DNA of 64,000 nt from Clostridia bacterium (GCA_017438525.1 JAFRVI010000004.1:15281-79280), one strand, 5' to 3'. Counted from the first letter of the stretch, positions 45,500-55,782 are shown. Numbers and translations are program-made. The notes: a model not told the origin generated them from the sequence alone.

Positions 45500-46147
45500 A
45501 TGAGCATATACGTAATCAGCGGTCACTACGGCTGCGGCAAAACGAATATTTCAATAAATCTGGCGTATAAGCTTCTGAAAGAGGGAAGCGCGGCGATATT
45601 CGATCTTGACGTCGTTAATCCGTATTTCCGTACCGCAGACTTCACGGATAAAATGCGTGCCGACGGTATCACCGTCGTTGCTCCCGTGTTCGCTAATACG
45701 AATCTTGATACACCTGCGCTGACCGGCGAATTCAGCAATATCTATACCGGAATCTACGACAACGTTATCGTGGACGTCGGCGGCGACGATTCCGGCGCGT
45801 TCGCGCTCGGTCAATATGCCGAGGGAATAGCGAAAAGCGGTTCCTGGCAGCATTGGTACGTTGTCAACTTCATGCGCACGCTGACGTTGACAACCGCTGA
45901 TAATATCGAGCTCATGCGTGATATCGAGAACGCGGGCAAACTGCCGTTTACCGGAATCATTAACAACACCAACCTCGGCGCCGAGACTACCGCCGAGCTC
46001 GTCAGAGAATCGGTCGAAAAAGCGAAATCTCTTTCCGAGGCGTCAAATCTCCCGTTGCTTTATACCTCCGTAGAGACCGGTATCGAATGCGGAGATGTCG
46101 ATTCTCCCGTTATGACGATTCAAATAACGACAAAGCGTTATTGGTAA
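45500..46147 (+). CDS. Uncharacterised P-loop NTPase (MinD/ParA/CobQ-like) preceding 2-oxoacid oxidoreductase genes
   Basis: SGHYGCGKTNISINLA, DLDVVNPYFRTAD, IVDVGGDD.GA..LG, INNTNLG.ET. Confidence 0.8.
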   Translation: MSIYVISGHYGCGKTNISINLAYKLLKEGSAAIFDLDVVNPYFRTADFTDKMRADGITVVAPVFANTNLDTPALTGEFSNIYTGIYDNVIVDVGGDDSGAFALGQYAEGIAKSGSWQHWYVVNFMRTLTLTTADNIELMRDIENAGKLPFTGIINNTNLGAETTAELVRESVEKAKSLSEASNLPLLYTSVETGIECGDVDSPVMTIQITTKRYW

Positions 46148-46202
46148 GGCCACAACGATCAATGATCGTTGACATATACTCAATCTGAAGGGAAGTAAGA
46201 AA

Positions 46203-46409
46203 ATGGCAAAAATCACAGTAGACGAAAACGTCTGTAAGGGATGCGGTCTTTGCGCGGACGCCTGTCCGAAAAAGATAATCAAACTCTCTGACAGCAAATT
46301 CAACAAAAAGGGCTATCCCGTCGCCGAAATGACCGACGAGAAAAGCTGCATCGGCTGCGCCTTCTGCGCGACCATGTGCCCGGATACGGCTATAACTGTC
46401 GAAAAGTAG
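46203..46409 (+). CDS. 2x[4Fe-4S] ferredoxin, delta subunit of 2-oxoacid:ferredoxin oxidoreductase
   Basis: CKGCGLCADACP and CIGCAFCATMCP. Confidence 0.95.
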   Translation: MAKITVDENVCKGCGLCADACPKKIIKLSDSKFNKKGYPVAEMTDEKSCIGCAFCATMCPDTAITVEK

Positions 46410-46425
46410 AAAGGAAGATGACAGA

Positions 46426-47490
46426 ATGAGCGAAAAAGTATTGATGAAGGGCAACGAAGCCGTTGCGGAATCGGCGATAAGAGCCGGCTGCAGACACTTC
46501 TTCGGCTATCCGATAACGCCTCAGACGGAAGTCGCGGCGTATTTCGCGAAGCGTATGCCCAAAATAGGCGGAACGTATCTCCAGGCGGAGAGCGAAATTG
46601 CCGCTATAAACATGGTGCTCGGAGCCGGCGGCTCAGGCGCGAGAGCGATGACTTCTTCGTCTTCGCCCGGAATCAGTCTTAAAACCGAGGGTATTTCTTA
46701 TATCTGCGGTTCCGACGTTCCGTGCGTTATTATGAATATCGAGCGCGGCGGCCCCGGACTCGGCGGAATTCAGCCCTCTCAGTCCGACTATTATCAGGCG
46801 ACGAAAGCCCCCGGCCACGGCGATCTTCACGTCATCGTCCTCGCTCCGTCCGGAGTTCAGGAGATGGCGGATATCACCTATAACGCCTTCGATCTCGCGG
46901 AAAAATACCGTATGCCTTGCCTTATCCTCGGCGACGGCATACTGGGGCAGATGATGGAGCCCGTGGAGCTTCCCGAGCCGAAGGAAGTCTCGGCGGCCGA
47001 TAAGCCCTGGGCCGCCTGCGGTCACGGAAACAAGCGTGAGCACAATATCATCAACTCGCTTTACCTCGACCCTGCGGAGCTTGAAAACAAGGTGAGAGCG
47101 AGATATGAGCGCTACGCGCAGATAGAGGAAAACGAGGTCCGTTACGAAGAGTATAAGACCGAGGACGCCGATATCATCATAACCGCGTTCGGCGCTACCT
47201 CCAGAGTCGCCAAAAGCGCGATCAATACCGCGCGAGATATGGGAATAAAGGCGGGACTAATTCGGCCCATCACGCTTTGGCCGTTCCCGAAAAAGATCAT
47301 AGCGAAGCGTGCCGAAACGGCAAAAGCGTTCCTTTCGGTCGAAATGAATATGGGGCAGATGGTCGACGACGTCCGTCTCGCCGTCAACGGCAAAAAGCCC
47401 GTATACTTCTTCGGCCGCACCGGCGGAATCGTTCCCACGGCGGAAGAGATTATCGCCGAGCTTGAAAAGATCAACGGAGGTGCGAAATGA
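46426..47490 (+). CDS. vorB: 2-oxoacid:ferredoxin oxidoreductase alpha subunit (VorB-like, 3-methyl-2-oxobutanoate dehydrogenase)
   Basis: MKGNEAVAESAI, FGYPITPQTE, QAESEIAA, TSSSSPGISL, GIQPSQSDY. Confidence 0.9.
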   Translation: MSEKVLMKGNEAVAESAIRAGCRHFFGYPITPQTEVAAYFAKRMPKIGGTYLQAESEIAAINMVLGAGGSGARAMTSSSSPGISLKTEGISYICGSDVPCVIMNIERGGPGLGGIQPSQSDYYQATKAPGHGDLHVIVLAPSGVQEMADITYNAFDLAEKYRMPCLILGDGILGQMMEPVELPEPKEVSAADKPWAACGHGNKREHNIINSLYLDPAELENKVRARYERYAQIEENEVRYEEYKTEDADIIITAFGATSRVAKSAINTARDMGIKAGLIRPITLWPFPKKIIAKRAETAKAFLSVEMNMGQMVDDVRLAVNGKKPVYFFGRTGGIVPTAEEIIAELEKINGGAK

Positions 47491-48242
47491 GCATCGTATT
47501 CAAAAAGACAAGTATGCTGACCGATGCGCCGCTGTCGTATTGCCCCGGCTGCACTCACGGAATAATCACGCGCCTCGTCGCGGAGGTCGTTGACGAGATG
47601 GGACTCGCCGGCGATACCATCGGTATCGCGCCGGTCGGATGCTCCGTCCTCGCGTATAACTTCTTCTCCTGCGATATGATCCAGGCGCCTCACGGACGCG
47701 CTCCGGCAGTCGCTACCGGCGTTAAGAGAGCGCATCCCGACAAGACCGTCTTCACCTATCAGGGAGACGGAGACCTCGCCGCGATCGGTACCGCCGAAAC
47801 TATCCATTCCGGCGCGCGCGGAGAGAATATATGCATTTTCTTCGTCAACAACGCTATCTACGGTATGACCGGCGGTCAGGTCGCTCCCACGAGTCTGCCC
47901 GGACAGGTCACGCAGACCACTCCCTACGGCCGTGACGTCAAGTATTCCGGCAACCCCATCCGCGTATGCGAAATGATGGCTACGGTTACCGGCACGGCTT
48001 ACGTCGAAAGAGTCGCGGTCGACTGCGTCAAGAACGTCCGCCACGCTAAAGAAGCCATACGCAAGGCGTTCACCATGCAGCAGGAGAAGAAGGGCCTTTC
48101 GCTCGTCGAATTCCTTTCTACCTGTCCGACAAACTGGGGACTCACCCCGGTCAAAGCGCTTGAGTGGCTTCGCGAGAATCTCATGGCGTATTATCCGCTC
48201 GGCGTTTATAAAGACGTCACCGCAGAGGAGGAAGCGAAATGA
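47487..48242 (+). CDS. 2-oxoacid:ferredoxin oxidoreductase beta subunit (TPP-binding)
   Basis: YCPGCTHG, APVGCS, HGRAPAVATG, YQGDGDL, NNAIYGMTGGQ, STCPTNWG. Confidence 0.93.
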   Translation: MSIVFKKTSMLTDAPLSYCPGCTHGIITRLVAEVVDEMGLAGDTIGIAPVGCSVLAYNFFSCDMIQAPHGRAPAVATGVKRAHPDKTVFTYQGDGDLAAIGTAETIHSGARGENICIFFVNNAIYGMTGGQVAPTSLPGQVTQTTPYGRDVKYSGNPIRVCEMMATVTGTAYVERVAVDCVKNVRHAKEAIRKAFTMQQEKKGLSLVEFLSTCPTNWGLTPVKALEWLRENLMAYYPLGVYKDVTAEEEAK

Positions 48243-48772
48243 TTGACACCAGTATCATAATCGCCGGTTTCGGCGGGCAGGGTATACTCTTCACCGGCAA
48301 GGTGCTCGCTTACGCGGGAATGGTTGACGGCATCAACGTTTCGCACCTGCCGTCATACGGCCCCGAAATGCGCGGCGGCACCGCCAACTGCACCGTCTGC
48401 CTCTGCGAAGAGCCCGTCGCTTCTCCGCTCGTGACGCGTCCCGATATGATCATCGTGATGAACCAGCCCTCTTACGACAAGTTTAAGGGCTGCGTGAAAA
48501 AGGGTGGCAAGATATTCCTCGACAGCTCGCTCATTTCCGAGTGGGAGGAAGTGGAAGGCGTGGAATCATTCGCGATCCCCGCGACCGAACTCGCGAGAAA
48601 CAACGACCTGAAAGGTCTCGCCAACATGATAATGCTCGGCAAGGTTCTTAAAGAGACCAGCATTTTCGGCGTTCCGGAAATCGAGGCCGGACTTAAAAAG
48701 GCCGTTCCCGAAAAGAAAGCGCACCTGATACCCTCCAACGTCAAAGCCGTCGAACTCGGTATGTCGCTATGA
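48239..48772 (+). CDS. 2-oxoacid:ferredoxin oxidoreductase gamma subunit
   Basis: [29 protein letters not shown]. Confidence 0.93.
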   Translation: MIDTSIIIAGFGGQGILFTGKVLAYAGMVDGINVSHLPSYGPEMRGGTANCTVCLCEEPVASPLVTRPDMIIVMNQPSYDKFKGCVKKGGKIFLDSSLISEWEEVEGVESFAIPATELARNNDLKGLANMIMLGKVLKETSIFGVPEIEAGLKKAVPEKKAHLIPSNVKAVELGMSL

Positions 48773-49926
48773 CCGGACGTATCGGAGCGGTTATCGCCGC
48801 CGCGGGAAGCTCCGCCAGGATGGGCGGAATCGATAAGATGCTTGCGCTCGTCGGCGGTATGCCGGTGATAGCGCGAACTTGTCTTGCCTTCGAGGCGAAC
48901 GGTAACGTTTCCGAAATCGTTGTAGTTGCAAAAAGTGATAACGTCGCCGCCGTCAGGGAAATCCTTGACGGCTGCGGCATTTCAAAGCTGAAGGCGGTCG
49001 TCGCGGGCGGCGAAACGCGCGCTGAATCCGTCAGAAACGGCGTGAACCGGCTTTCCGATTGCGAGTATATCGCCATTCACGACGGCGCCAGACCGTTCGT
49101 TTCGCAAAAACTGATTAATGAATGTGCCGAAACCGCGTATGAACACGGATCTGCTGTTCCTGTTATACCTTCTTTTGACACTCTTAAAACCGTCTCGGAC
49201 GGAGTCGTTACCGGAACAGTAGACAGAAGCGCCGTTTACCGTGTGCAAACACCGCAGATCTTCAAAACGGAGCTTTACGTCAAAGCGCTTGACAAGTTTG
49301 CCGACAGCGGATTCACGGACGACTGCGCCATGCTTGAGGAGGCAGGTGAAAACGTCGCAGTTTGCGGCGGCGACGAGGAGAATATCAAAATCACCGTGCC
49401 GTCAGACTTGAAATACGGTACATTCCTTGCGGAAGGGGATAATAAAGTGATAAGAACCGGTTTCGGATATGACGTACACCGCCTCGTCGAAGGCAGAAAG
49501 CTGATTCTTTGCGGCGTTGACGTTCCGTTCGAAAAAGGATTGCTCGGGCATTCAGATGCCGACGTCGCGCTGCACGCGCTTATGGACGCCTTACTCGGAG
49601 CCGCGGCGCTCGGAGATATCGGCGGACTTTTCCCGGACAACGACGACAAATACGCAGGCGCAAACAGTATGAATCTGCTGAACACCGTCGTTGACATTGT
49701 TTTTGACAACGGGTATACAATCGGCAATATAGATGTTACGATCATTGCGCAGCGCCCGAAGCTTGCTCCGTTTATCGATGAAATGAGACGCTATATCGCT
49801 TCGGCGTGCCGGATCGAGACCGGGTGCGTGAGTGTCAAGGCGACCACGGAGGAAGGACTCGGTTTCACCGGTTCAGGCGAAGGCATTTCGGCAACTGCCG
49901 TTTGCACGTTAAACGGCAAAACGTAA
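48769..49926 (+). CDS. ispDF: Bifunctional IspD/IspF (MEP cytidylyltransferase + MEcPP synthase)
   Basis: [30 protein letters not shown] (IspD); [23 protein letters not shown] (IspF). Confidence 0.95.
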   Translation: MTGRIGAVIAAAGSSARMGGIDKMLALVGGMPVIARTCLAFEANGNVSEIVVVAKSDNVAAVREILDGCGISKLKAVVAGGETRAESVRNGVNRLSDCEYIAIHDGARPFVSQKLINECAETAYEHGSAVPVIPSFDTLKTVSDGVVTGTVDRSAVYRVQTPQIFKTELYVKALDKFADSGFTDDCAMLEEAGENVAVCGGDEENIKITVPSDLKYGTFLAEGDNKVIRTGFGYDVHRLVEGRKLILCGVDVPFEKGLLGHSDADVALHALMDALLGAAALGDIGGLFPDNDDKYAGANSMNLLNTVVDIVFDNGYTIGNIDVTIIAQRPKLAPFIDEMRRYIASACRIETGCVSVKATTEEGLGFTGSGEGISATAVCTLNGKT

Positions 49927-49952
49927 CAATTCTTATAATTCTTTAACGCTGC

Positions 49953-49994
49953 GCCTTTTGCGCGAGCCATACGCTCCGCGAAAGGCGTTTTTTT
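49953..49994 (+). terminator. Terminator after ispDF
   Basis: CGCCTTT(T)GCG...CGCGAAAGGCG followed by TTTTTTT. Confidence 0.7.
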
Positions 49995-50063
49995 ATTATC
50001 ACGATAAAGCCGCGGGCCGATCCCGCACACGGCGGAGCCGCATATAATAGACGGGTGATCAAT

Positions 50064-50267
50064 ATGAAAAAGATTATTTTCCGTTCAATGTCGACCGCGC
50101 TCAACGCCGCGGACGTTTTGAAATCTCATGGCATAATTTCCCGTCCGGTACGCGGAGGAAACGCAAGATGCGGTTGCTGTATAGAACTTGTGCTGAACAG
50201 CGGCAGCTTTTCCGAAGCGGAACGGATACTTGATGCACACGCCTTCAAATATGAAGTGAGTGATTGA
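50064..50267 (+). CDS. DUF3343 family small protein
   Basis: F.S.S.AL.A..VLK..GI....V......GCC.EL pattern; coupled to cysteine desulfurase. Confidence 0.65.
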   Translation: MKKIIFRSMSTALNAADVLKSHGIISRPVRGGNARCGCCIELVLNSGSFSEAERILDAHAFKYEVSD

Positions 50268-51396
50268 ATTGATATACTTTGATAACGCGGCGACGACTTT
50301 TCCAAAGCCGAACGCCGTTATTAACGCCGTTATCAATACGGCGCGAAGGCGCTGCGGCAATCCCGGCAGGGGAGGGCACGCGCTTGCCCGCGCCGCCGAC
50401 GCCGAAGTTTACCGTTGCAGAAAGGCAATCAAAGAATTCTTTAACGCGCCGTCAACAGACAGCGTTGTGTTTACGAATAACACAACCGCGGCGCTTAACA
50501 CCTGCATTTTCGGATTGATTAATTCCGGAGACCGCGTTATTACCACAGATTATGAGCATAATTCCGTCAGACGCCCGCTTCATCGTCTGAACGGGGTAAC
50601 CGTCAGAAAAGCAAAGGTGGACTTTGACAGCGCCGACGCAACACTCGCGGAGTTCAAAAAAATGCTTGCCGACGGCGCGGAATGGCTTGTTGTTTCACAC
50701 GCGTCAAACGTATGCGGCAAAACGATACCGTTGCGCGAAATATGCGTTGCCGCGCACATGGCGGGAACGCGCGTCATCGTTGACGCCGCGCAGTCGGCCG
50801 GTTACCTGAAAATCAACGTTGATGCAGATAAAATAGATTATTTGTGCGCGCCCGGACACAAGGGACTGTACGGACCGCAAGGCACCGGCTTTATCATTAT
50901 AAACGGTGCAGCGCCTAAACCTTTGCTTGTCGGCGGGACAGGGAGCAATTCGTTATCTCCGGATCAGCCGGATTACACTCCGGACGCGCTTGAAAGCGGG
51001 ACGCTGAACGTTCCCGCGATCAGCGGACTACGTGAGGGGATAAGCTATTTGAATTCTATCGGAGCAGAGAACCTTCACAAGCGCGAGATTTCTCTTGTTC
51101 AAAGAGCGTATCGCGGGCTCGAAAGCATAAACGGGGTTATTCTTTACACTTCCGCGCCTTCCTTGAACGACTCGCCGGTGCTTACGTTCAACCTGAAAGG
51201 GAAGACTTCATTTGAAGCCGCACGGCTTTATGATAATTACGGAATATGCCTTCGCGCAGGATACCATTGTGCGCCCGACGCCCATGCGAAACTCGGTACT
51301 TCAGAGTACGGAACGGTCCGTTTGAGTGTCGGAGCGTTCAATACGGCGCGCGAAATCGATTATTTCCTCAAAATCACGCAAAAAATATTAAAATAA
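50260..51396 (+). CDS. Cysteine desulfurase family protein (aminotransferase class V)
   Basis: YFDNAATT.PKP, GNPGRGGH, EHNSV.RP, DAAQSAG, PGHKGLYGPQG, ESGTLN, RAGYHCAP. Confidence 0.93.
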   Translation: MIELIYFDNAATTFPKPNAVINAVINTARRRCGNPGRGGHALARAADAEVYRCRKAIKEFFNAPSTDSVVFTNNTTAALNTCIFGLINSGDRVITTDYEHNSVRRPLHRLNGVTVRKAKVDFDSADATLAEFKKMLADGAEWLVVSHASNVCGKTIPLREICVAAHMAGTRVIVDAAQSAGYLKINVDADKIDYLCAPGHKGLYGPQGTGFIIINGAAPKPLLVGGTGSNSLSPDQPDYTPDALESGTLNVPAISGLREGISYLNSIGAENLHKREISLVQRAYRGLESINGVILYTSAPSLNDSPVLTFNLKGKTSFEAARLYDNYGICLRAGYHCAPDAHAKLGTSEYGTVRLSVGAFNTAREIDYFLKITQKILK

Positions 51397-51409
51397 TCTA
51401 CAAAACTAT

Positions 51410-51438
51410 TTGCGTATTAGGAAAATGTATGCTAAAAT
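51410..51438 (+). promoter_or_regulatory. sigma-A promoter for cdaA-cdaR
   Basis: TTGCGT-17nt-TAAAAT, extended -10. Confidence 0.6.
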
Positions 51439-51509
51439 ATAAGCAGGAAACTACAGACCTTTTAAACTGTTGATTTTCAAGCATAAAGAGAAAGGAAGAC
51501 AAATCGGGT

Positions 51510-52352
51510 ATGACGATACAACTATTCGGTTTATCGCCGATATACGTTCAGTGGAACGACTTACTCGACATACTGATCGTTGCTTTCGTCGTGTATAAAG
51601 CGATCAAGCTTTTCAAAGAAACCCGTGCCATTCAGCTTTTGAAGGGCGTGGCGTTGCTCGTTGCGGCGTTTTTCGTTTCCGGTTGGCTTGAGCTGCGGAG
51701 CTTGAACTTCATCCTCCGCAACACGCTTGAAATTGGTTTGTTTGCCCTTATCGTTTTGTTCCAACCTGAGCTGAAGCGTGCGCTTGAACGCCTCGGCGGC
51801 AGACGTTTACGCAAATTCTTCGGATTCAGATCTTCCGGTGAAGATGCTGATATCAAAACGCTCAATATGATCGACTCCATTTGCGAGGCGGTCGGATACT
51901 TCAAAGAGACGAAAACCGGCGCGCTGATCGTTATAGAGCGTACGACACCGATCGGCGACATCATAGCGACAGGTACCTCGATCGACGCGGATATTTCCGC
52001 ACGGCTTCTTGAGAATATCTTTTTCAAGGGCGCCGCGCTTCACGACGGAGCTGCTGTTATCCGTGACAACAAGCTCTGCGCAGCCGGCTGCTTGCTTCCG
52101 CTTTCACAGAACATGACGATCAGCGCGGAGCTTGGCACGCGTCACCGTGCCGCAATCGGTATGAGCGAAAACAGCGACGCCGTCGTGATAATCGTATCTG
52201 AAGAGACCGGCTATATCTCCGTTGCCCTCGGCGGCGGTCTGCAGAAAAATCTTTCAAAGGACCAGCTCAACTCCAAGTTGAGAACGATACTGCTTCAGAA
52301 CACCGGCGAACGCGGGAGGTTCTTCCGTTCGCAGAAAGGGGGCAAGCAATAA
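51510..52352 (+). CDS. cdaA: Diadenylate cyclase CdaA
   Basis: 3 TM, FQPELKRALE.LG, GALIVIER, LHDGA, LGTRHRAA.G.SE. Confidence 0.97.
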   Translation: MTIQLFGLSPIYVQWNDLLDILIVAFVVYKAIKLFKETRAIQLLKGVALLVAAFFVSGWLELRSLNFILRNTLEIGLFALIVLFQPELKRALERLGGRRLRKFFGFRSSGEDADIKTLNMIDSICEAVGYFKETKTGALIVIERTTPIGDIIATGTSIDADISARLLENIFFKGAALHDGAAVIRDNKLCAAGCLLPLSQNMTISAELGTRHRAAIGMSENSDAVVIIVSEETGYISVALGGGLQKNLSKDQLNSKLRTILLQNTGERGRFFRSQKGGKQ

Positions 52353-53641
52353 TGAAAACCGATCTCAAAGCTAAAGCTAAGTCGTGGTTTACAAAAGACA
52401 AGATACTGCTTTATATCATTTCGTTCGTTGTTGCCGTTGCCCTCTGGGCCGCTGTAATCATCTACGCCAATCCCGATACCACCATCGTCATACAAAAAGT
52501 CCCAGTTCGCATAAATACAAGCTCGCAGGACGCTGTATCGCTTTCAATAGTTTCCGGCAAGATTGAAACCGTTGACGTTGAAGTAAAAGCGCCGCGCAGT
52601 CAAGTCCCGTCGCTTAACACCGAAAGCGTTACTGCGGAGATCGATCTGACCGGCGAAACAAAATCCGGCACTTATGAAAAAGCGATAGAAGTATCGTCGA
52701 ACAGCGAGTTCGTTAAGATAATCTCCGTTTCGCCCGCGACTACTACTATTGTTCTCGACGTTACTGAGAGCAAGACGCTTCTGATCGAAGTTGACGACGG
52801 CGGATACGCTGCTCCGGAAGGGTATTATATCGCTTCTCCATCCCTTTCAACCGACAGTGTCAAGATTACCGGCCCGAAGGCGGTCATCGATGGCGTATCG
52901 AGGGCTGTGGTCGATGTTCAGATTGAAGAGGACAGCGTCGGTATTATCGACTTTAGGGACTGTCCGATTCGCTTCGTTGACGCAAATGGCGAGGATGTCG
53001 ACTTTGCCTCCGCAACTGCGGATGTCGATAAGGTTACCGTATCCGTGCCGATCATCAGGCGTAAGGTCGTTGAACTGAAGCTTGATTTCACGAACACGCC
53101 GATGCTTACAGACGACTATTACAAGCTGACCTATTCGATAGGCGATGAAACCTACTCCGAGCTTGAGGATATTGAGATCGCAGCTGTCGACGACGTTTAT
53201 GAGGAGATATCGTCTATAACGATCGGCACGCTGGATTTCTCAAGGATTTATTCCAGAAGCTACACGACTGAATTTACGCTTGATATGCCTACCGGCGTTA
53301 CGAATATTTCCGGTATAACAACTGTTGGCGTTACAATCGAATTCACGGGAATGACGACAGACAGCATAACCATTCTGCCGGAAGATATCATCCTGAAGAA
53401 CGTCCCGTCCGGTAAGACCGCGGCCATAACTTCAAAGTCGCTCCGTGTGACGATTTGCGGTTCTTCTGCTTCAGTTAAACTCGCAAAGAGTAACGGAGTT
53501 GAAGCTGCGGTAACACTTTCCGCCACATCTGCCGGCGTACGCGAATACCCGGTTTCCATCAATTTCGGTGAGCTCCAGAACGTCTGGGTCTACGTTTCCG
53601 ACGGCGCATCCGCCCCGGCAGTTAATGTGGAAATTAAATAG
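52352..53641 (+). CDS. cdaR: CdaR/YbbR-domain regulator
   Basis: N-terminal TM (AVALWAAV), repeated YbbR beta-sandwich domains (V.ITGPK..I), follows cdaA. Confidence 0.85.
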   Translation: MKTDLKAKAKSWFTKDKILLYIISFVVAVALWAAVIIYANPDTTIVIQKVPVRINTSSQDAVSLSIVSGKIETVDVEVKAPRSQVPSLNTESVTAEIDLTGETKSGTYEKAIEVSSNSEFVKIISVSPATTTIVLDVTESKTLLIEVDDGGYAAPEGYYIASPSLSTDSVKITGPKAVIDGVSRAVVDVQIEEDSVGIIDFRDCPIRFVDANGEDVDFASATADVDKVTVSVPIIRRKVVELKLDFTNTPMLTDDYYKLTYSIGDETYSELEDIEIAAVDDVYEEISSITIGTLDFSRIYSRSYTTEFTLDMPTGVTNISGITTVGVTIEFTGMTTDSITILPEDIILKNVPSGKTAAITSKSLRVTICGSSASVKLAKSNGVEAAVTLSATSAGVREYPVSINFGELQNVWVYVSDGASAPAVNVEIK

Positions 53642-53657
53642 CATGTGATTCAATACC

Positions 53658-53728
53658 GCATCATCTCTCGCTCAATTCGGGCGAGAGATGATGCTATACT
53701 CCGGCGGGAAGCACCTTCCCGCGCTTTT
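53658..53728 (+). terminator. Two hairpins after cdaR (16-bp stem without U-tract, then GCGGGAAG/CTTCCCGC-GCTTTT)
   Basis: GCATCATCTCTCGCTC-AATTC-GGGCGAGAGATGATGC; second stem 53704-53721. Confidence 0.6.
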
Positions 53729-53766
53729 GGTTAGTTAATGAAGTTTTACGATATAAGAGGGAAGTT

Positions 53767-55782
53767 ATGCGAAAGAACTGGATAGTCAAGATCCCCGACA
53801 AAACCGCGGAGCGTTCGATCATGTCCGAACTGCATTTATCGCGCGTAACCGCGAGCGTGCTCGCTTCGCGCGGTTTTAAGGACACCGCGGAAGCGGAAGA
53901 ATTCCTTTCCCCGAAGCACGAATCCGAGCCGGATCCGATGCTTATGACTGATATGGACAGGGCCGTCGCGAGAATACGCGATGCAATGTGTTCTGATGAA
54001 ACTATCGGGATAATCGGAGACTATGACGTGGACGGAATAACCGCCACTGCAATTTTATTCAAGTATTTTTCGCGCGCCGGTGTACGCGTAATCTATCATA
54101 TTCCGTCCCGCGACGGCGAGGGATACGGCATCAGTGTAGACACGCTGCGGCGCCTAAAGGAGCTCGGATGCTCTCTCGTTATATCAGTTGACTGTGGTAT
54201 CACGGCTGTTGAAGAGGCGGAGTTCGCAAGGTCCATCAACCTCGATATGATAGTTACAGACCATCATGAAGTTGGGGAGACCATCCCCGACTGCACTGCT
54301 GTAATCAATCCCAAGCGTCCCGGAGACGCGTATCCTTATTCAAAGCTTTCGGGAGTCGGAGTTGCTTATAAGCTTATCTGCGCTCTTGGAGTCAAGGAGC
54401 ATAACGAGGAATACATCGCCTTTGCCGCGCTCGGTACGCTCGCGGACATGATGCCCGTCACAGGCGAAAACCGCAATCTCGTTATCAAAGGAATGCAATA
54501 TATCCGTTCAGGCGTAAATGTCGGTCTTTCTCAACTCATGAGTAAAGCCGGCGTATCTGCAAACCGATTCAACTCATTCTCGGTTTCTTTCATACTCGCT
54601 CCGAGGATGAATGCTGCCGGCAGGATAGAGAGTGCCGAAACCGCGTTGAAGCTTCTGCTCGAAGATGACGAATACGCTGCCGGACTGATAGCCGAAAAAC
54701 TCTGCTCACTGAACAAGACGCGGCAGGAAACCGAAGCCGAGATATTCCGCCAGGCAGTTGAAACAGTCGAAAGTGACGAGAGCTATAAAGATGATAAAAT
54801 TATAGTACTCTATAACGAAAGCTGGCACCAGGGTGTTATCGGCATCGTTGCGGCAAAGATTACCGAGAAATATGAAAAACCCGCTATACTTTTCACCCTT
54901 GCCAACGGGACCGGTAAAGGATCCGGGAGAAGCGTATCCGGATTCTCTATACATAAAGCCGTATCCGACTGTTCAGAGCTGCTGACAAATTTCGGCGGGC
55001 ATGAGTATGCGGTCGGACTCGGTATCGAAATTGAAAAGATCCCCGAATTCCGAAAGAAGATCAACGAGATTACCTCGCAGATCGATATTCCTCCGAGGCA
55101 ACTGGAAATAGACACGGAAATATACCCCGACGAGCTTTCTATTGATACCGTGAGGAGTATCGGGGTGCTTGAACCTTATGGAGAGGGAAATGCGCAGCCG
55201 GTTTTCATACTCTGCGACGCAAAACTTACGTACCTGAAGCTTGTCGGTGAAAAGCATACCCGCATATCCCTGCGATGCGGACGTCTCGGATACGATGCGA
55301 TTTATTACAATGCGATTCCCGAAGGTCTTGATGTTTCCGTCGGCGACGCTGTCGATGTCGCGTTCACGCTCGGCATAAACGAGTATAACGGACAGGAGAA
55401 CCTCCAAATCATTGTCAAAGATATTTCGCCTGCCGGCACATTCGACGCTGATATCGAGCGTTTCAGAGTCGTTAAGGCAAGCGGTATGCTTGAGGACAAA
55501 AACGATGTCCCCGGTTTTTCCGACTTTGAGCGCGTTTACAGGGCGCTTCTTCGTTCCGGAGAGGGCATTATCCGCCCCGATGCGTTCGCTTCCGAGCTTT
55601 CGGCGATCGGTGAACCGATATCCACCCTCAAACTGCTGATAATACTTTCCGTGTTTTCCGAGCTTTCGCTCGTAAACGTATCCAACAACGGTTCTTCACT
55701 TGATTTCAGCGTGATCAAAGACGCTCCGAAGACCGACCTTTCGCATTCCGAACTCTTGAGGAGAATAAAACAAAATGTCTGA
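53767..55782 (+). CDS. recJ: Single-stranded-DNA-specific exonuclease RecJ
   Basis: GDYDVDGIT, SVDCG, TDHH, GTLAD, PRMNAAGR, GSGRS, FGGHEYAVG. Confidence 0.97.
   Translation: MRKNWIVKIPDKTAERSIMSELHLSRVTASVLASRGFKDTAEAEEFLSPKHESEPDPMLMTDMDRAVARIRDAMCSDETIGIIGDYDVDGITATAILFKYFSRAGVRVIYHIPSRDGEGYGISVDTLRRLKELGCSLVISVDCGITAVEEAEFARSINLDMIVTDHHEVGETIPDCTAVINPKRPGDAYPYSKLSGVGVAYKLICALGVKEHNEEYIAFAALGTLADMMPVTGENRNLVIKGMQYIRSGVNVGLSQLMSKAGVSANRFNSFSVSFILAPRMNAAGRIESAETALKLLLEDDEYAAGLIAEKLCSLNKTRQETEAEIFRQAVETVESDESYKDDKIIVLYNESWHQGVIGIVAAKITEKYEKPAILFTLANGTGKGSGRSVSGFSIHKAVSDCSELLTNFGGHEYAVGLGIEIEKIPEFRKKINEITSQIDIPPRQLEIDTEIYPDELSIDTVRSIGVLEPYGEGNAQPVFILCDAKLTYLKLVGEKHTRISLRCGRLGYDAIYYNAIPEGLDVSVGDAVDVAFTLGINEYNGQENLQIIVKDISPAGTFDADIERFRVVKASGMLEDKNDVPGFSDFERVYRALLRSGEGIIRPDAFASELSAIGEPISTLKLLIILSVFSELSLVNVSNNGSSLDFSVIKDAPKTDLSHSELLRRIKQNV

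Noticed and set aside
50020-51396. Selenocysteine recoding in the DUF3343/desulfurase or redox genes
   Set aside because: No in-frame TGA at catalytic Cys positions in trxA, DUF1858, ferredoxin, OFOR or the desulfurase.
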